Virus record (IMG/VR): IMGVR_UViG_3300024429_000007
Coordinates: 51,288 to 71,287 of that record
Source: an uncultured virus (IMG/VR IMGVR_UViG_3300024429_000007)
Taxonomy: Duplodnaviria; Heunggongvirae; Uroviricota; Caudoviricetes
Direction: 5' to 3' (one strand)
Length of the DNA: 20,000 bases
The notes beneath the pieces were generated by a model, which was not told the origin of the DNA, searched no databases, and saw only the letters and a program-made list of their open reading frames with translations. A program made the translations under genes and the position numbers. Below are positions 1-7,941 of this stretch, piece by piece (the first letter of the stretch is position 1; every line of letters starts with the position of its first letter).

Positions 1-235
1 CAGTAGTTCCGGCCTTATTCGTCAAAGATGTTATGGAAACAACCGGATAGTTACTGAGACGTAGAACGAGATTCGGAAAGCGCAAGAAGATTTTCTCGGT
101 GTAAGTAGCTAAATCGAAAACTCTTCCGCAAAGATCTGGGATCAGTTCATTGATCGCTTCAGTAACCATCGTCAATTTGAAGCTCTCTGTCATATTTAGG
201 AATTGAATGACCTCTTCAAGAGATACAATCGCCAT
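1..235 (-). CDS. Head-tail connector protein (HK97 gp6-like), 3' end outside the window
   Basis: Absent from the ORF track; manual translation from ATG 235 (RBS GGAGG): MAIVSLEEVIQFLNM...DLCGRVFDLATYTEKIFLRFPNLVLRLSNYPVVSITSL. The CGRxF...TYTE...L.L.NYPVxSI pattern and the position after the capsid gene fit connectors. Confidence 0.75.
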   Translation of the reverse strand, partial: MAIVSLEEVIQFLNMTESFKLTMVTEAINELIPDLCGRVFDLATYTEKIFLRFPNLVLRLSNYPVVSITSLTNKAGTT

Positions 236-247
236 TACCGCCTCCGC

Positions 248-721
248 TTACCTCTTCCTTTTCTTTCGCCCGGGGCGTCCCGACCTCGTTACCAGTACCT
301 CGACATCCTCTACGGTCAAGGCGGTCTCCTCGGTCGGAGGTTCGGCTTGACTCTGATCATCACTTTTCTCTTCGGGCGACTCATCCAACTCAAATGTCAT
401 GGGACTTGGCGTCTCCCCTTCAGCCGTCTCGACTTCAATCGTCTCGACTTCAATCGTCTCGACTTCAGCCGTCTCGGTCTCAGCCGTCTCGACTTCAATC
501 GTCTCGGTCTCAGCCGTCTCAACTTCGGTGTTTTCAGCGTCCGGCAGGACTTCCGGTACTTCCGGCACTTCCACGAAACTCCCCTTCCGAGGCGTTTTCA
601 GAGCGATGATCGAATTCGGATGAGTAACCTTGGCATAACCTTTCTCGACAGTTACGACTTCATCGTAAGTCCAAATCTGAAACCAGGCGATCTTTGAAAA
701 CTTCTCAGAATACATTCTCAT
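248..721 (-). CDS. Small head-associated protein with acidic pentapeptide repeats and a basic C-terminal tail
   Basis: 157 aa, GGAGG RBS, directly after the capsid gene; E(V/T)ET(A/I) repeats; ends RSGRPGRKKRKR. Confidence 0.7.
   Translation of the reverse strand: MRMYSEKFSKIAWFQIWTYDEVVTVEKGYAKVTHPNSIIALKTPRKGSFVEVPEVPEVLPDAENTEVETAETETIEVETAETETAEVETIEVETIEVETAEGETPSPMTFELDESPEEKSDDQSQAEPPTEETALTVEDVEVLVTRSGRPGRKKRKR
421..525. repeat. 7 x 15-nt imperfect coding tandem repeat
   Basis: Units such as cagccgtctcgactt, caatcgtctcgactt, cagccgtctcggtct; encode EVETA/EVETI/ETETA/ETETI. Confidence 0.95.
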
Positions 722-738
722 CTCAAATCCTCCACAAA

Positions 739-779
739 GAAGAGACTCGTAGAAGTTTCGTCTTCCAAAACGTCTCTTC
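739..779 (-). terminator. Stem-loop after the capsid gene (partial terminator or mRNA-stabilising hairpin)
   Basis: GAAGAGAC...GTCTCTTC outer stem with an inner G-U-containing stem on the minus strand, followed by a short TTT and the next RBS. Confidence 0.5.
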
Positions 780-800
780 AGTAAAATTCAGGACCTGCGC

Positions 801-1946
801 TTAGCCGATCTTAACTCCGGTCAGCTTGGCTTGAGGCAGAGGATTCGACAACACGACGGTAACGTCCTCGAAGATGTCGAAACTCGTGTACTGACTCGAA
901 AGCTTGATCTCTTCATACGTCAGCTTCTGGCGCTCACCGACCCACAGAAAATCCCAGTTAAGCGCGAAGAGAGTCGTCGTAGATCCGGTGATGATCGTGG
1001 TCAACAGATTGGTCGTTGCGAGTGACGCGCTGATAGTCACCGTCGTATTCGGCGATGAATAAGAGACAACCGAGATGGTAGCGGCGATGATGCCGTCTGC
1101 CCCGCAATCCATGTTGACCGTGGCCCCAACCTTATAGTCCAGACTCACATCACCGACAATGGTGAACTGAGTCCCGGAGACGTAGGTTGACACCAACCGT
1201 TGCGCGGCGTACCCATCAGCATTGAGACCGATCGTATCCGGGACATTCGAAGAGGTAAAGATCGGAATTTCGAGGTACGAGGGTACCCGGAATCCGCCCT
1301 TCACGTCCATCATGTCCAGGAACATCTGCTGCGGCTGAAGTGCGCTCGACAACTGACGCCGAGCAGCCAACGACATAATCAGCATCTTCGGCTTAAACGG
1401 TGCGCACTTGTCGATGAACTCATCCATCTTGGCGAGAGTGAGTGCCGCCCCGACCGCGGTATTCGCTATCCGAAGAGTCCGAGCGTCGGTGATCAACGTG
1501 TCGATCCCGTCGTACTCGTAATTCTCGTTCGGAGCCGCGAAATGCTTCGCCCAGATCATGCACCACTCTTCCTTGTTCTTGAACTCCAGAATCCTCTGTT
1601 CAATCTCCTCGGTCTTCAGATCAAGCTGATCCTTGGTGGCGAGAACTGCGGTACGCATGATCTCACCGTTGACGCCAATGGTCCGATACGTGAATTCCTG
1701 ATCGGCGTAGGTGCCCTTTCCGCCGGTGGTAAATGTCTTCGTATCGGGGCTGTAGAAGGCAATCTTATTGTCAGTAGCAGGAGTCCTCTGCACGAGAATC
1801 CAGGATTTGCCCGAACCTGTCCGTCTGGGCATGTTCGCGCGAATCGGATTGTCGAATGTTGCCAGGTGTTGGATCACCCTGTCGATCTCTTTTGGAACCA
1901 AGACATCGACATCGCTTAACTTCAACGCTTTCTCGATCTGATCCAT
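801..1946 (-). CDS. Major capsid protein, HK97 fold, with an ~75-aa beta-rich insertion
   Basis: 381 aa after the protease/scaffold; VLVPKEIDRVI, EEWCMIW...EYDGIDTLI, LTLAKMDEFID, MLIMS, YLEIPIFTSSNVP and C-terminal AKLTGV patterns of HK97-fold capsid proteins; starts MDQIEKAL. Confidence 0.9.
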   Translation of the reverse strand: MDQIEKALKLSDVDVLVPKEIDRVIQHLATFDNPIRANMPRRTGSGKSWILVQRTPATDNKIAFYSPDTKTFTTGGKGTYADQEFTYRTIGVNGEIMRTAVLATKDQLDLKTEEIEQRILEFKNKEEWCMIWAKHFAAPNENYEYDGIDTLITDARTLRIANTAVGAALTLAKMDEFIDKCAPFKPKMLIMSLAARRQLSSALQPQQMFLDMMDVKGGFRVPSYLEIPIFTSSNVPDTIGLNADGYAAQRLVSTYVSGTQFTIVGDVSLDYKVGATVNMDCGADGIIAATISVVSYSSPNTTVTISASLATTNLLTTIITGSTTTLFALNWDFLWVGERQKLTYEEIKLSSQYTSFDIFEDVTVVLSNPLPQAKLTGVKIG

Positions 1947-2021
1947 CTCACCAGACTCCTATCGATTGTTGTGAGTTACTTCTGAAAATAACTGACTGAC
2001 GGGGAGAAACGCATATCCGCG

Positions 2022-2903
2022 CTACTTCCCCTCCAACTTCCCAAACAGGAACCCGAGCTTATCCCGAGGCTCCAAGTCCTGATACGCCTTATCCTCGGTG
2101 AAAGGCTTCTTCTCCTGATCTCGCCGCTCCCCTTCTCTCGTCAAACCCTTTCGAATGGGAAGCTTTGACATTACTTGCGAAAGTTTTTCCACTTCCGTCT
2201 TCATTGTGACCACCTGCTCGGCCATCTCAACGAGCCGATCGCTCTCGATCTGGGAGGCGGCGTCCTTAACGCTCTTTTGAACCTCCTGCAGAGTCTCCTC
2301 GATGGCATTGACGACCTCGTCGGTGGACTTTTTCTTCTCCTCCCCCCCTTTCCCCTTCTCCTTCTTCTCTCCCTCTCCCTTCTCAACCGCTTTTGAAAGC
2401 TCCTTCAGCGTATTGAGAACAGCAGTGAGAGGGCCACGATCTGCTTCGGGAAGATCGGCGATTTGCTTCTCCAGGCCTTCTGTCATCCCCGCAGCGATCT
2501 CCCTGGACTTCTGAAGTGCGGCGTCCTTTGCATCCTTTATGGCCTTCTCCGCGGCTATCCTCACAGCGTCCTCTTCCTCTTTCGACTTCTGCTGTGGGGC
2601 AGGATATTTTGTTTCCACAGCTTCGACCAAGGCGATCACGTCGTCAACGAGCTTCTGGGTACCCCCTTCCACTTGGCCACGCAGATTCTTCAGGGCAGTC
2701 AGAACCTTCCCGATCTGACTCTTCAGGTCGTTCTCAACCTCCTCCTCGCCACCGCCCTCGTCTTTCTTGACCTCGACCTCGATCAGATCCATGATCTTCT
2801 CGATATTGCCCCATTGCTCATCCTCTGCCGTGAGCCCAAGCAGATCCCGGATCGCCTCTTTCGCAGGACCTAAGCCGATCTTCTCCAGATCCTTGATTTC
2901 CAT
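2022..2903 (-). CDS. Nested in-frame scaffold protein from an internal start
   Basis: GGAGGAGG 7 nt before an in-frame ATG (MEIKDLEK...) immediately after the protease domain; 293 aa, E/K-rich. Confidence 0.65.
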   Translation of the reverse strand: MEIKDLEKIGLGPAKEAIRDLLGLTAEDEQWGNIEKIMDLIEVEVKKDEGGGEEEVENDLKSQIGKVLTALKNLRGQVEGGTQKLVDDVIALVEAVETKYPAPQQKSKEEEDAVRIAAEKAIKDAKDAALQKSREIAAGMTEGLEKQIADLPEADRGPLTAVLNTLKELSKAVEKGEGEKKEKGKGGEEKKKSTDEVVNAIEETLQEVQKSVKDAASQIESDRLVEMAEQVVTMKTEVEKLSQVMSKLPIRKGLTREGERRDQEKKPFTEDKAYQDLEPRDKLGFLFGKLEGK

Positions 2904-3443
2904 TGGAAGTCCTCCTCCGTTCCTCTTCATTTTCTCGACATAGTAAGACAGGATTTCAGCAGTCTTCAGCGTCGGGACTGAAACTATCGAGACCTCGGCA
3001 CCTTCGTAAGCAATTGCCTCCTCGATAATCCCTCGGCGTTTGTCCTGCGTCGAGCGCGACTCAGCTATCCCCTTGATCGAAAGCTTATTCAGAACCTTCT
3101 CTTTGATCTTCTGCCAGATATCAGGAACAGTCTTCGAAATCAGAATTTTAAGCCATGCACCCCAAATCTCCGGTTCTTTTTGAACCAAGACGACCTTTGC
3201 CTCCTCGATTGCTCCGATCTCTTCATCTTTCAGATGATTATGGAGAACAGTGGTTAAGACGCGAGCATCCCTAACCAAGTCCTCCAAAGCAGGCTTAGTC
3301 ATCCTAAAGTTTTCACTGTCGATTTCATCGGTCGAAGCAAGGGCTTCGACGTACCACTTTCCTTCTTTTTCGTACTCCTTGTAGTGGTCCTTCTGAATCG
3401 GGTCCTTAAACGATAAGTTTTTCTGAATCAGCTTCTTGTCCAC
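2022..3443 (-). CDS. HK97-family prohead protease fused to a coiled-coil scaffold region
   Basis: ASTDEIDSENF, LHNH (His), LSIKG (Ser), EVSIVSVP motifs; acidic helical C-terminal part. Start moved to GTG 3443 because GAGGAGG lies just upstream. Confidence 0.88.
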   Translation of the reverse strand: MDKKLIQKNLSFKDPIQKDHYKEYEKEGKWYVEALASTDEIDSENFRMTKPALEDLVRDARVLTTVLHNHLKDEEIGAIEEAKVVLVQKEPEIWGAWLKILISKTVPDIWQKIKEKVLNKLSIKGIAESRSTQDKRRGIIEEAIAYEGAEVSIVSVPTLKTAEILSYYVEKMKRNGGGLPMEIKDLEKIGLGPAKEAIRDLLGLTAEDEQWGNIEKIMDLIEVEVKKDEGGGEEEVENDLKSQIGKVLTALKNLRGQVEGGTQKLVDDVIALVEAVETKYPAPQQKSKEEEDAVRIAAEKAIKDAKDAALQKSREIAAGMTEGLEKQIADLPEADRGPLTAVLNTLKELSKAVEKGEGEKKEKGKGGEEKKKSTDEVVNAIEETLQEVQKSVKDAASQIESDRLVEMAEQVVTMKTEVEKLSQVMSKLPIRKGLTREGERRDQEKKPFTEDKAYQDLEPRDKLGFLFGKLEGK

Positions 3444-3456
3444 TCTCAAAACCTCC

Positions 3457-6400
3457 TCAAGTCTCACCGCCAGGCTCTGCTGGCGTTCTCTCGACGTACC
3501 AATGATCCTCCGCACGCTTAAAGAGAAACACTCCTTTCAGTTTCTTGCCCTTAAACTGAATCTTTTTCAACTCAGGCTTGTCGATCAGCATAATCGCTTT
3601 CCCAGAACCCAAAAGTCGAATGAACGATGGAGTATCCGTCGTCGGATTCAGGGGAGTCCCGGGCTTGACATAGCCAGTCTTCCGGTACTCTTCATTGCCC
3701 CAATTATCTTCCCGAATCATTCCGCCAGTCTCGTCAGCCTCTAATATATTATCATTCAGCTTAAAAATCAAGTACTTTTCTCCGGTTTTGATCCAGAGCA
3801 AGAATCTTTCACGTGTCGGACCCTCCCGGACAACCTTCGGACCCTTCCAAAACTGATACGTGAATCGAAATTCGGTCACGGCAGCTTTCGAAACTCCGAC
3901 AGACTCGGGTTTGGAATCCTTCTCGGATTTAAGTCGTTCAAGAAAAACTTCAAACTCTTTAGCAGCACCTTTGATCTCTTCACTCGCAAAATACTCCGCC
4001 AGTTGCTCTTTAATGTTCGGATTCCGATTGTCGGCAAATTTTTTCGCTGCCTCGCCGTCTTTGACGAGCTTCACATAATCAACGTCATCGCCTTTTCCGG
4101 ACCACGGATTGGTCTCCTTCCCAAGCCACTTCACAAAGCAAGGCCAGCAGAACCAAGCGTGCCCGTGACCATTTGCCCAGATAATCTCGAGTACCGGCTT
4201 ATGAGAGCATTCCATACACGTGTCATGGCGATGACGAGCTTTCTCGATTGCTTCCCATTCGTCTCTTCTCGACCCGACCCAGAGAACCTCGACCGGCGCT
4301 TCCTTCTCGACAGATTTCCCAAAAGGATCCCGGTCCCCCTTCTGAGCTTTACTCAGGATCCCTTCCTCTTTCCATCTTTTGACCAAAACCTTTCGCATTT
4401 CGAATGCCTTCGGCTTATCCTTCACCGTCCAATACTCTTCTTCCGTCTTAACGTGTTTTCTCCAATGCTTCGGAAGCGCACTAATGGTCGGCGGTGGAAG
4501 GAAACCCTGCTCGATGGCTCGGTTCGAAAGGACGTAAGGAATCTGATCGTCGGGATTGATACAAAGCCACCCGAGCTCTGGACCCAGACCTTCTTCCTTG
4601 CCGGGCGGAATGACGAAAGCTTTCAGAATATCTTCTTCTTTCAGTCCCCTATTCATCGGATCATCGACTGAAACTTCCGATTCCGCGGGCAGACCCATTT
4701 CTTTCATGACCTCAATCAATTGCGGTTCGATCCATTGCCGGATCTCCTCATCGGTCATTCCCTCACCCTTCAAAACTGCAAAAGCCCGGCTGTTCAGATC
4801 CGCTATGTGATTCCACAACACTTCGCTGCCGAGAATCTCCTGTTGATCGGGCTCATCATCAGATTTTTTCGTCTTCCAGGCTCGAAGCTGACGGAAAAAG
4901 AATCGTCCCTTCTTAAGAACCTTCCCATCAAAAAAATATTCGTGGAGCCACGGCTTTTGCGAAAGGTACTCCGCCTTCCCCCGATCGACAATAACAAATA
5001 CCCCGGGAAATTCCTTCGTCGCTCCGAGGACTCCTGGTTTAACGACACCTTCAAATGTCATCCAACTTTTCGGTTCCGGAGATTTGCGAGTCGCAACCAA
5101 TTCGACTCGAACTGTCGTTCCTGGTTTCGTACTTTTCTTCTCTCTCTCCGCCCACTCGCCCGTCTGCAAATTGATTTTGTAGTATTTCGTAGAATCGGCA
5201 TTGATCTTTCTCAAATCGCCCATCGAGAGAATCGGTTCTTTGATCGCACCTTCTCTTTGAATCATTAGGGTCCATCCGACCAAGAACTCCTTTCCCAGGC
5301 TTTGAATTCGCAAATCCGCGTGGACCGATCGCCCTCTCGCGTGAGTGTGCATCATATAACTGTAGTCCCCGCTCTCGTCGGGGTAAACGCTAAAGGGATC
5401 GGCTTTCGCTTTTTCAATCTCTGCTTTTTCTTGTTCCTCTCCCTCCGACTTCCGAACGGAGACCCAGAGGATCTCCGACATTCTTCTTTTGTTCTGCTGT
5501 GCTGATGGTAAGCTGGCTGCGATTGCTCCGGAACCAGTCAGAGCGAAGCGTTTCTGACTGGCCTGGCGCTTCGTTCTTTCAAAAAGCGCTTTCCATTTGA
5601 TCGGACAGGCGGGACTAGTCGAAACAAAGAGATATTTGCAATGCCCGGCCAACTTTTCAGCAAGCGCCTGTACCTGATCCTGGGTAACTTCTTTCTTATC
5701 CCAATCCTTCTGAAGTAGAATCGCATTCAACTTTCCAAACTTTGTGATGTACTTGAACAGTTTTTCCGAGTACGGTGGATCGAAGTAAATCATATCGACC
5801 GAGGGAATCTCCATCGTCAAGGCGTCTAAATTGGTAACTGTCCCCTCGATTTCGAAAGAACGTAGTTGCTTCGCGTAAAATCCGAGCTTGGATTTGAATT
5901 CTGCAAAACTCCATTTTCGATACGGTCCGCCAAACGACCCAAACCAATTCAAGAGGCAGGCAGACAACACTCCAAGATAGTAATGTCCAAACTTCGCCTC
6001 CCTCGCCCGAAGGATATATCCATCTATAAACTTCTGAGCATGCTTCCTACCAGCCAGGATTGGAAAGAGTTTTTTTGCATTTTGAAAATAGTACCCCTCG
6101 ACTTCATTTACAGATTTAAGAAATGCTTTGAACTCTTCTTCGTTCGGCTTATTTTTCAAAAACATCGCCCGGGCGGTATAAAAAGGCGCCGTCGAGTAAT
6201 CGTTTGCAATGATCCTCTTTCCTTGCTTCGCCATCTCCGCTAAAAACAGAGCAGTCCCACACATTGGATCGAAAATTGTTTTGACATCCTCCGGAACCAA
6301 TTTCGCAAATTGATTCTTTAGTCTCCCCTTGCTTCCCAAATAGAATATCTTCTCGATGTCAAGAAAATCGGCCTTCAGCGTTAAGGGGTCAGCTAGATCG

Positions 6401-6510
6401 AAACCTTCGAAGTCGGGAATTGTCCGTGCGAAAACTTCAGTTGGAATGGAGAAGTGAACATTGTCCCCCTCGATTTTCAGAATTTTGGCTCGATATTTGA
6501 CTCTCCCCAT
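3457..6510 (-). CDS. Multidomain protein: D12/Dam-class N6-adenine DNA methyltransferase + LigD phosphoesterase (PE)-like domain + putative Zn module + second degenerate PE-like domain
   Basis: MTase: YLGSK, IFDPMCGT, IANDY, YFDPPY (aa ~55-352). PE-like: HTHARGRSVHADLRI...WMTFEGVVKPGVLGA...VIVDRG...FDGKVLKKG (aa ~381-545). CMEC...WFCWPC. C-terminal GYVKPGTPLNPT...LLGSG...FKGKKLKGVFLF...W. Confidence 0.8.
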   Translation of the reverse strand: MGRVKYRAKILKIEGDNVHFSIPTEVFARTIPDFEGFDLADPLTLKADFLDIEKIFYLGSKGRLKNQFAKLVPEDVKTIFDPMCGTALFLAEMAKQGKRIIANDYSTAPFYTARAMFLKNKPNEEEFKAFLKSVNEVEGYYFQNAKKLFPILAGRKHAQKFIDGYILRAREAKFGHYYLGVLSACLLNWFGSFGGPYRKWSFAEFKSKLGFYAKQLRSFEIEGTVTNLDALTMEIPSVDMIYFDPPYSEKLFKYITKFGKLNAILLQKDWDKKEVTQDQVQALAEKLAGHCKYLFVSTSPACPIKWKALFERTKRQASQKRFALTGSGAIAASLPSAQQNKRRMSEILWVSVRKSEGEEQEKAEIEKAKADPFSVYPDESGDYSYMMHTHARGRSVHADLRIQSLGKEFLVGWTLMIQREGAIKEPILSMGDLRKINADSTKYYKINLQTGEWAEREKKSTKPGTTVRVELVATRKSPEPKSWMTFEGVVKPGVLGATKEFPGVFVIVDRGKAEYLSQKPWLHEYFFDGKVLKKGRFFFRQLRAWKTKKSDDEPDQQEILGSEVLWNHIADLNSRAFAVLKGEGMTDEEIRQWIEPQLIEVMKEMGLPAESEVSVDDPMNRGLKEEDILKAFVIPPGKEEGLGPELGWLCINPDDQIPYVLSNRAIEQGFLPPPTISALPKHWRKHVKTEEEYWTVKDKPKAFEMRKVLVKRWKEEGILSKAQKGDRDPFGKSVEKEAPVEVLWVGSRRDEWEAIEKARHRHDTCMECSHKPVLEIIWANGHGHAWFCWPCFVKWLGKETNPWSGKGDDVDYVKLVKDGEAAKKFADNRNPNIKEQLAEYFASEEIKGAAKEFEVFLERLKSEKDSKPESVGVSKAAVTEFRFTYQFWKGPKVVREGPTRERFLLWIKTGEKYLIFKLNDNILEADETGGMIREDNWGNEEYRKTGYVKPGTPLNPTTDTPSFIRLLGSGKAIMLIDKPELKKIQFKGKKLKGVFLFKRAEDHWYVERTPAEPGGET

Positions 6511-6519
6511 CTCTTCTCC

Positions 6520-7941
6520 TTAACCAGTGGATTCGACCTGCTGAACCACCCTATCGGGAATATCTTTCACAGAAGGATACGATTTCGATCGCGACCGATG
6601 TGTGAAAACGTAGTACCCATCCTCATCTCTGCCGACGCTAACGCCCCGTAATCTTCCACCTTTTCGCGGATACGTACCCTCGCCCTCCTCAAGATCGGAG
6701 ACCTTTTTGTTGGTGAGCTTCGGAAAGGGGTGCTTCATCTTCTCAATGCTAAGTTGCTTATTCATTTTTTCAACATCTATCTCGGGCTCATCGGTGACAA
6801 ACCAGACAAATCGCCCTTTGCGTAGCTCATCCGGCACAGTCTCCATTTTAAGAACACCACTATCGAATTCTGCGCTCCGGCGATAGCCGGGGACCCAGTT
6901 TTTCATTTCTTCGGGGGGCACTCTCCACAACAAATCCATCGCCTTCGTGAAAGCTTTCTCGATTAACAAATTGACAGTCTGACCGATCTTAATTGCAATC
7001 GAAAAATAATCCGGCTCCTTTTTTTCAACCCAAATTTCAACGACTATCGGCTCATATAAATGAAGGCGATTGAAACCTGATTCATCGTCGTGGTACAAAT
7101 TCATAGTATGAAACTTCATCGTCAAAACCGTTCCGATCTGAGCCTTGATGTTGGTATTGTAACTACGTCCGACGTAGACGTATTCCTTGCCTTTGATTTC
7201 CTTCACCCGTTTCGGATCAACCTTATCCGACGGCCGGAATCGCAAATACAATTCGTAATTGAAAGTGTCCGGCCCAACCTTCGTCGAATTTACCTGACCG
7301 ACAAGACAGTGAACTTCGGCGAACTTTTTCTGCTTGAAGACCCCAGAAGTCATGCCTGACATACTATATCCCGAGCTAGCGGTATCGAGAAGTTTGATCA
7401 TCGCGCCTTCTGAACCAGGGGCCTTCAGACACTTCTGGAGGGCAGACTCGGCTTCTTTCAGCGTCTCACAATACAGCGAAGGCGTCAGATTGAGAATCAA
7501 ACTTTCACTTGGTACGCCCATCGTCGATTGCGGAAACGCGAATTTCTCCAAGAATTCCCGGCGCTCTCTCTTCGTGAGCTTATGGATGTCCCGGTCGTAA
7601 TATAGACAGTCAAAGACATTATAGGTAATCGTCTTCCTGGTGATGACTTCCTTTTTATGCAGGAGCGCCGCCATCTCTTCTCTGGGACGATGCTTTCCAC
7701 CAACCCAGTATTCCATTTCTCCAATCAAACAGAAATTCTTAACGCGGTCCCTTATTTTTGGAACCTCGTCGACAAGATCCGGAAGACTGCTCTCAACCCA
7801 CTTGCCGCTGTCCGTAAAGATCTTAACTTTGTCCCCAGAACAAAAAGTCACCAGGACGATCCCATCGTACTTCTTCTCGATCGCTACTTGCGGGATCGCT
7901 CCGGACTTGAGCACAAAATCTTCGTCCTTTTCAAAATTCAT
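6520..7941 (-). CDS. ATP-dependent DNA ligase (adenylation + OB-like domains) with C-terminal accessory extension
   Basis: Motif I EKKYDG, III LIGEM, IIIa YNVFDCLY, IV EGAMIK, V FKQK, then a beta-rich OB-like region; about 145 extra C-terminal residues. RBS GAGGA; ATGA overlap with the upstream gene. Confidence 0.88.
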   Translation of the reverse strand: MNFEKDEDFVLKSGAIPQVAIEKKYDGIVLVTFCSGDKVKIFTDSGKWVESSLPDLVDEVPKIRDRVKNFCLIGEMEYWVGGKHRPREEMAALLHKKEVITRKTITYNVFDCLYYDRDIHKLTKRERREFLEKFAFPQSTMGVPSESLILNLTPSLYCETLKEAESALQKCLKAPGSEGAMIKLLDTASSGYSMSGMTSGVFKQKKFAEVHCLVGQVNSTKVGPDTFNYELYLRFRPSDKVDPKRVKEIKGKEYVYVGRSYNTNIKAQIGTVLTMKFHTMNLYHDDESGFNRLHLYEPIVVEIWVEKKEPDYFSIAIKIGQTVNLLIEKAFTKAMDLLWRVPPEEMKNWVPGYRRSAEFDSGVLKMETVPDELRKGRFVWFVTDEPEIDVEKMNKQLSIEKMKHPFPKLTNKKVSDLEEGEGTYPRKGGRLRGVSVGRDEDGYYVFTHRSRSKSYPSVKDIPDRVVQQVESTG

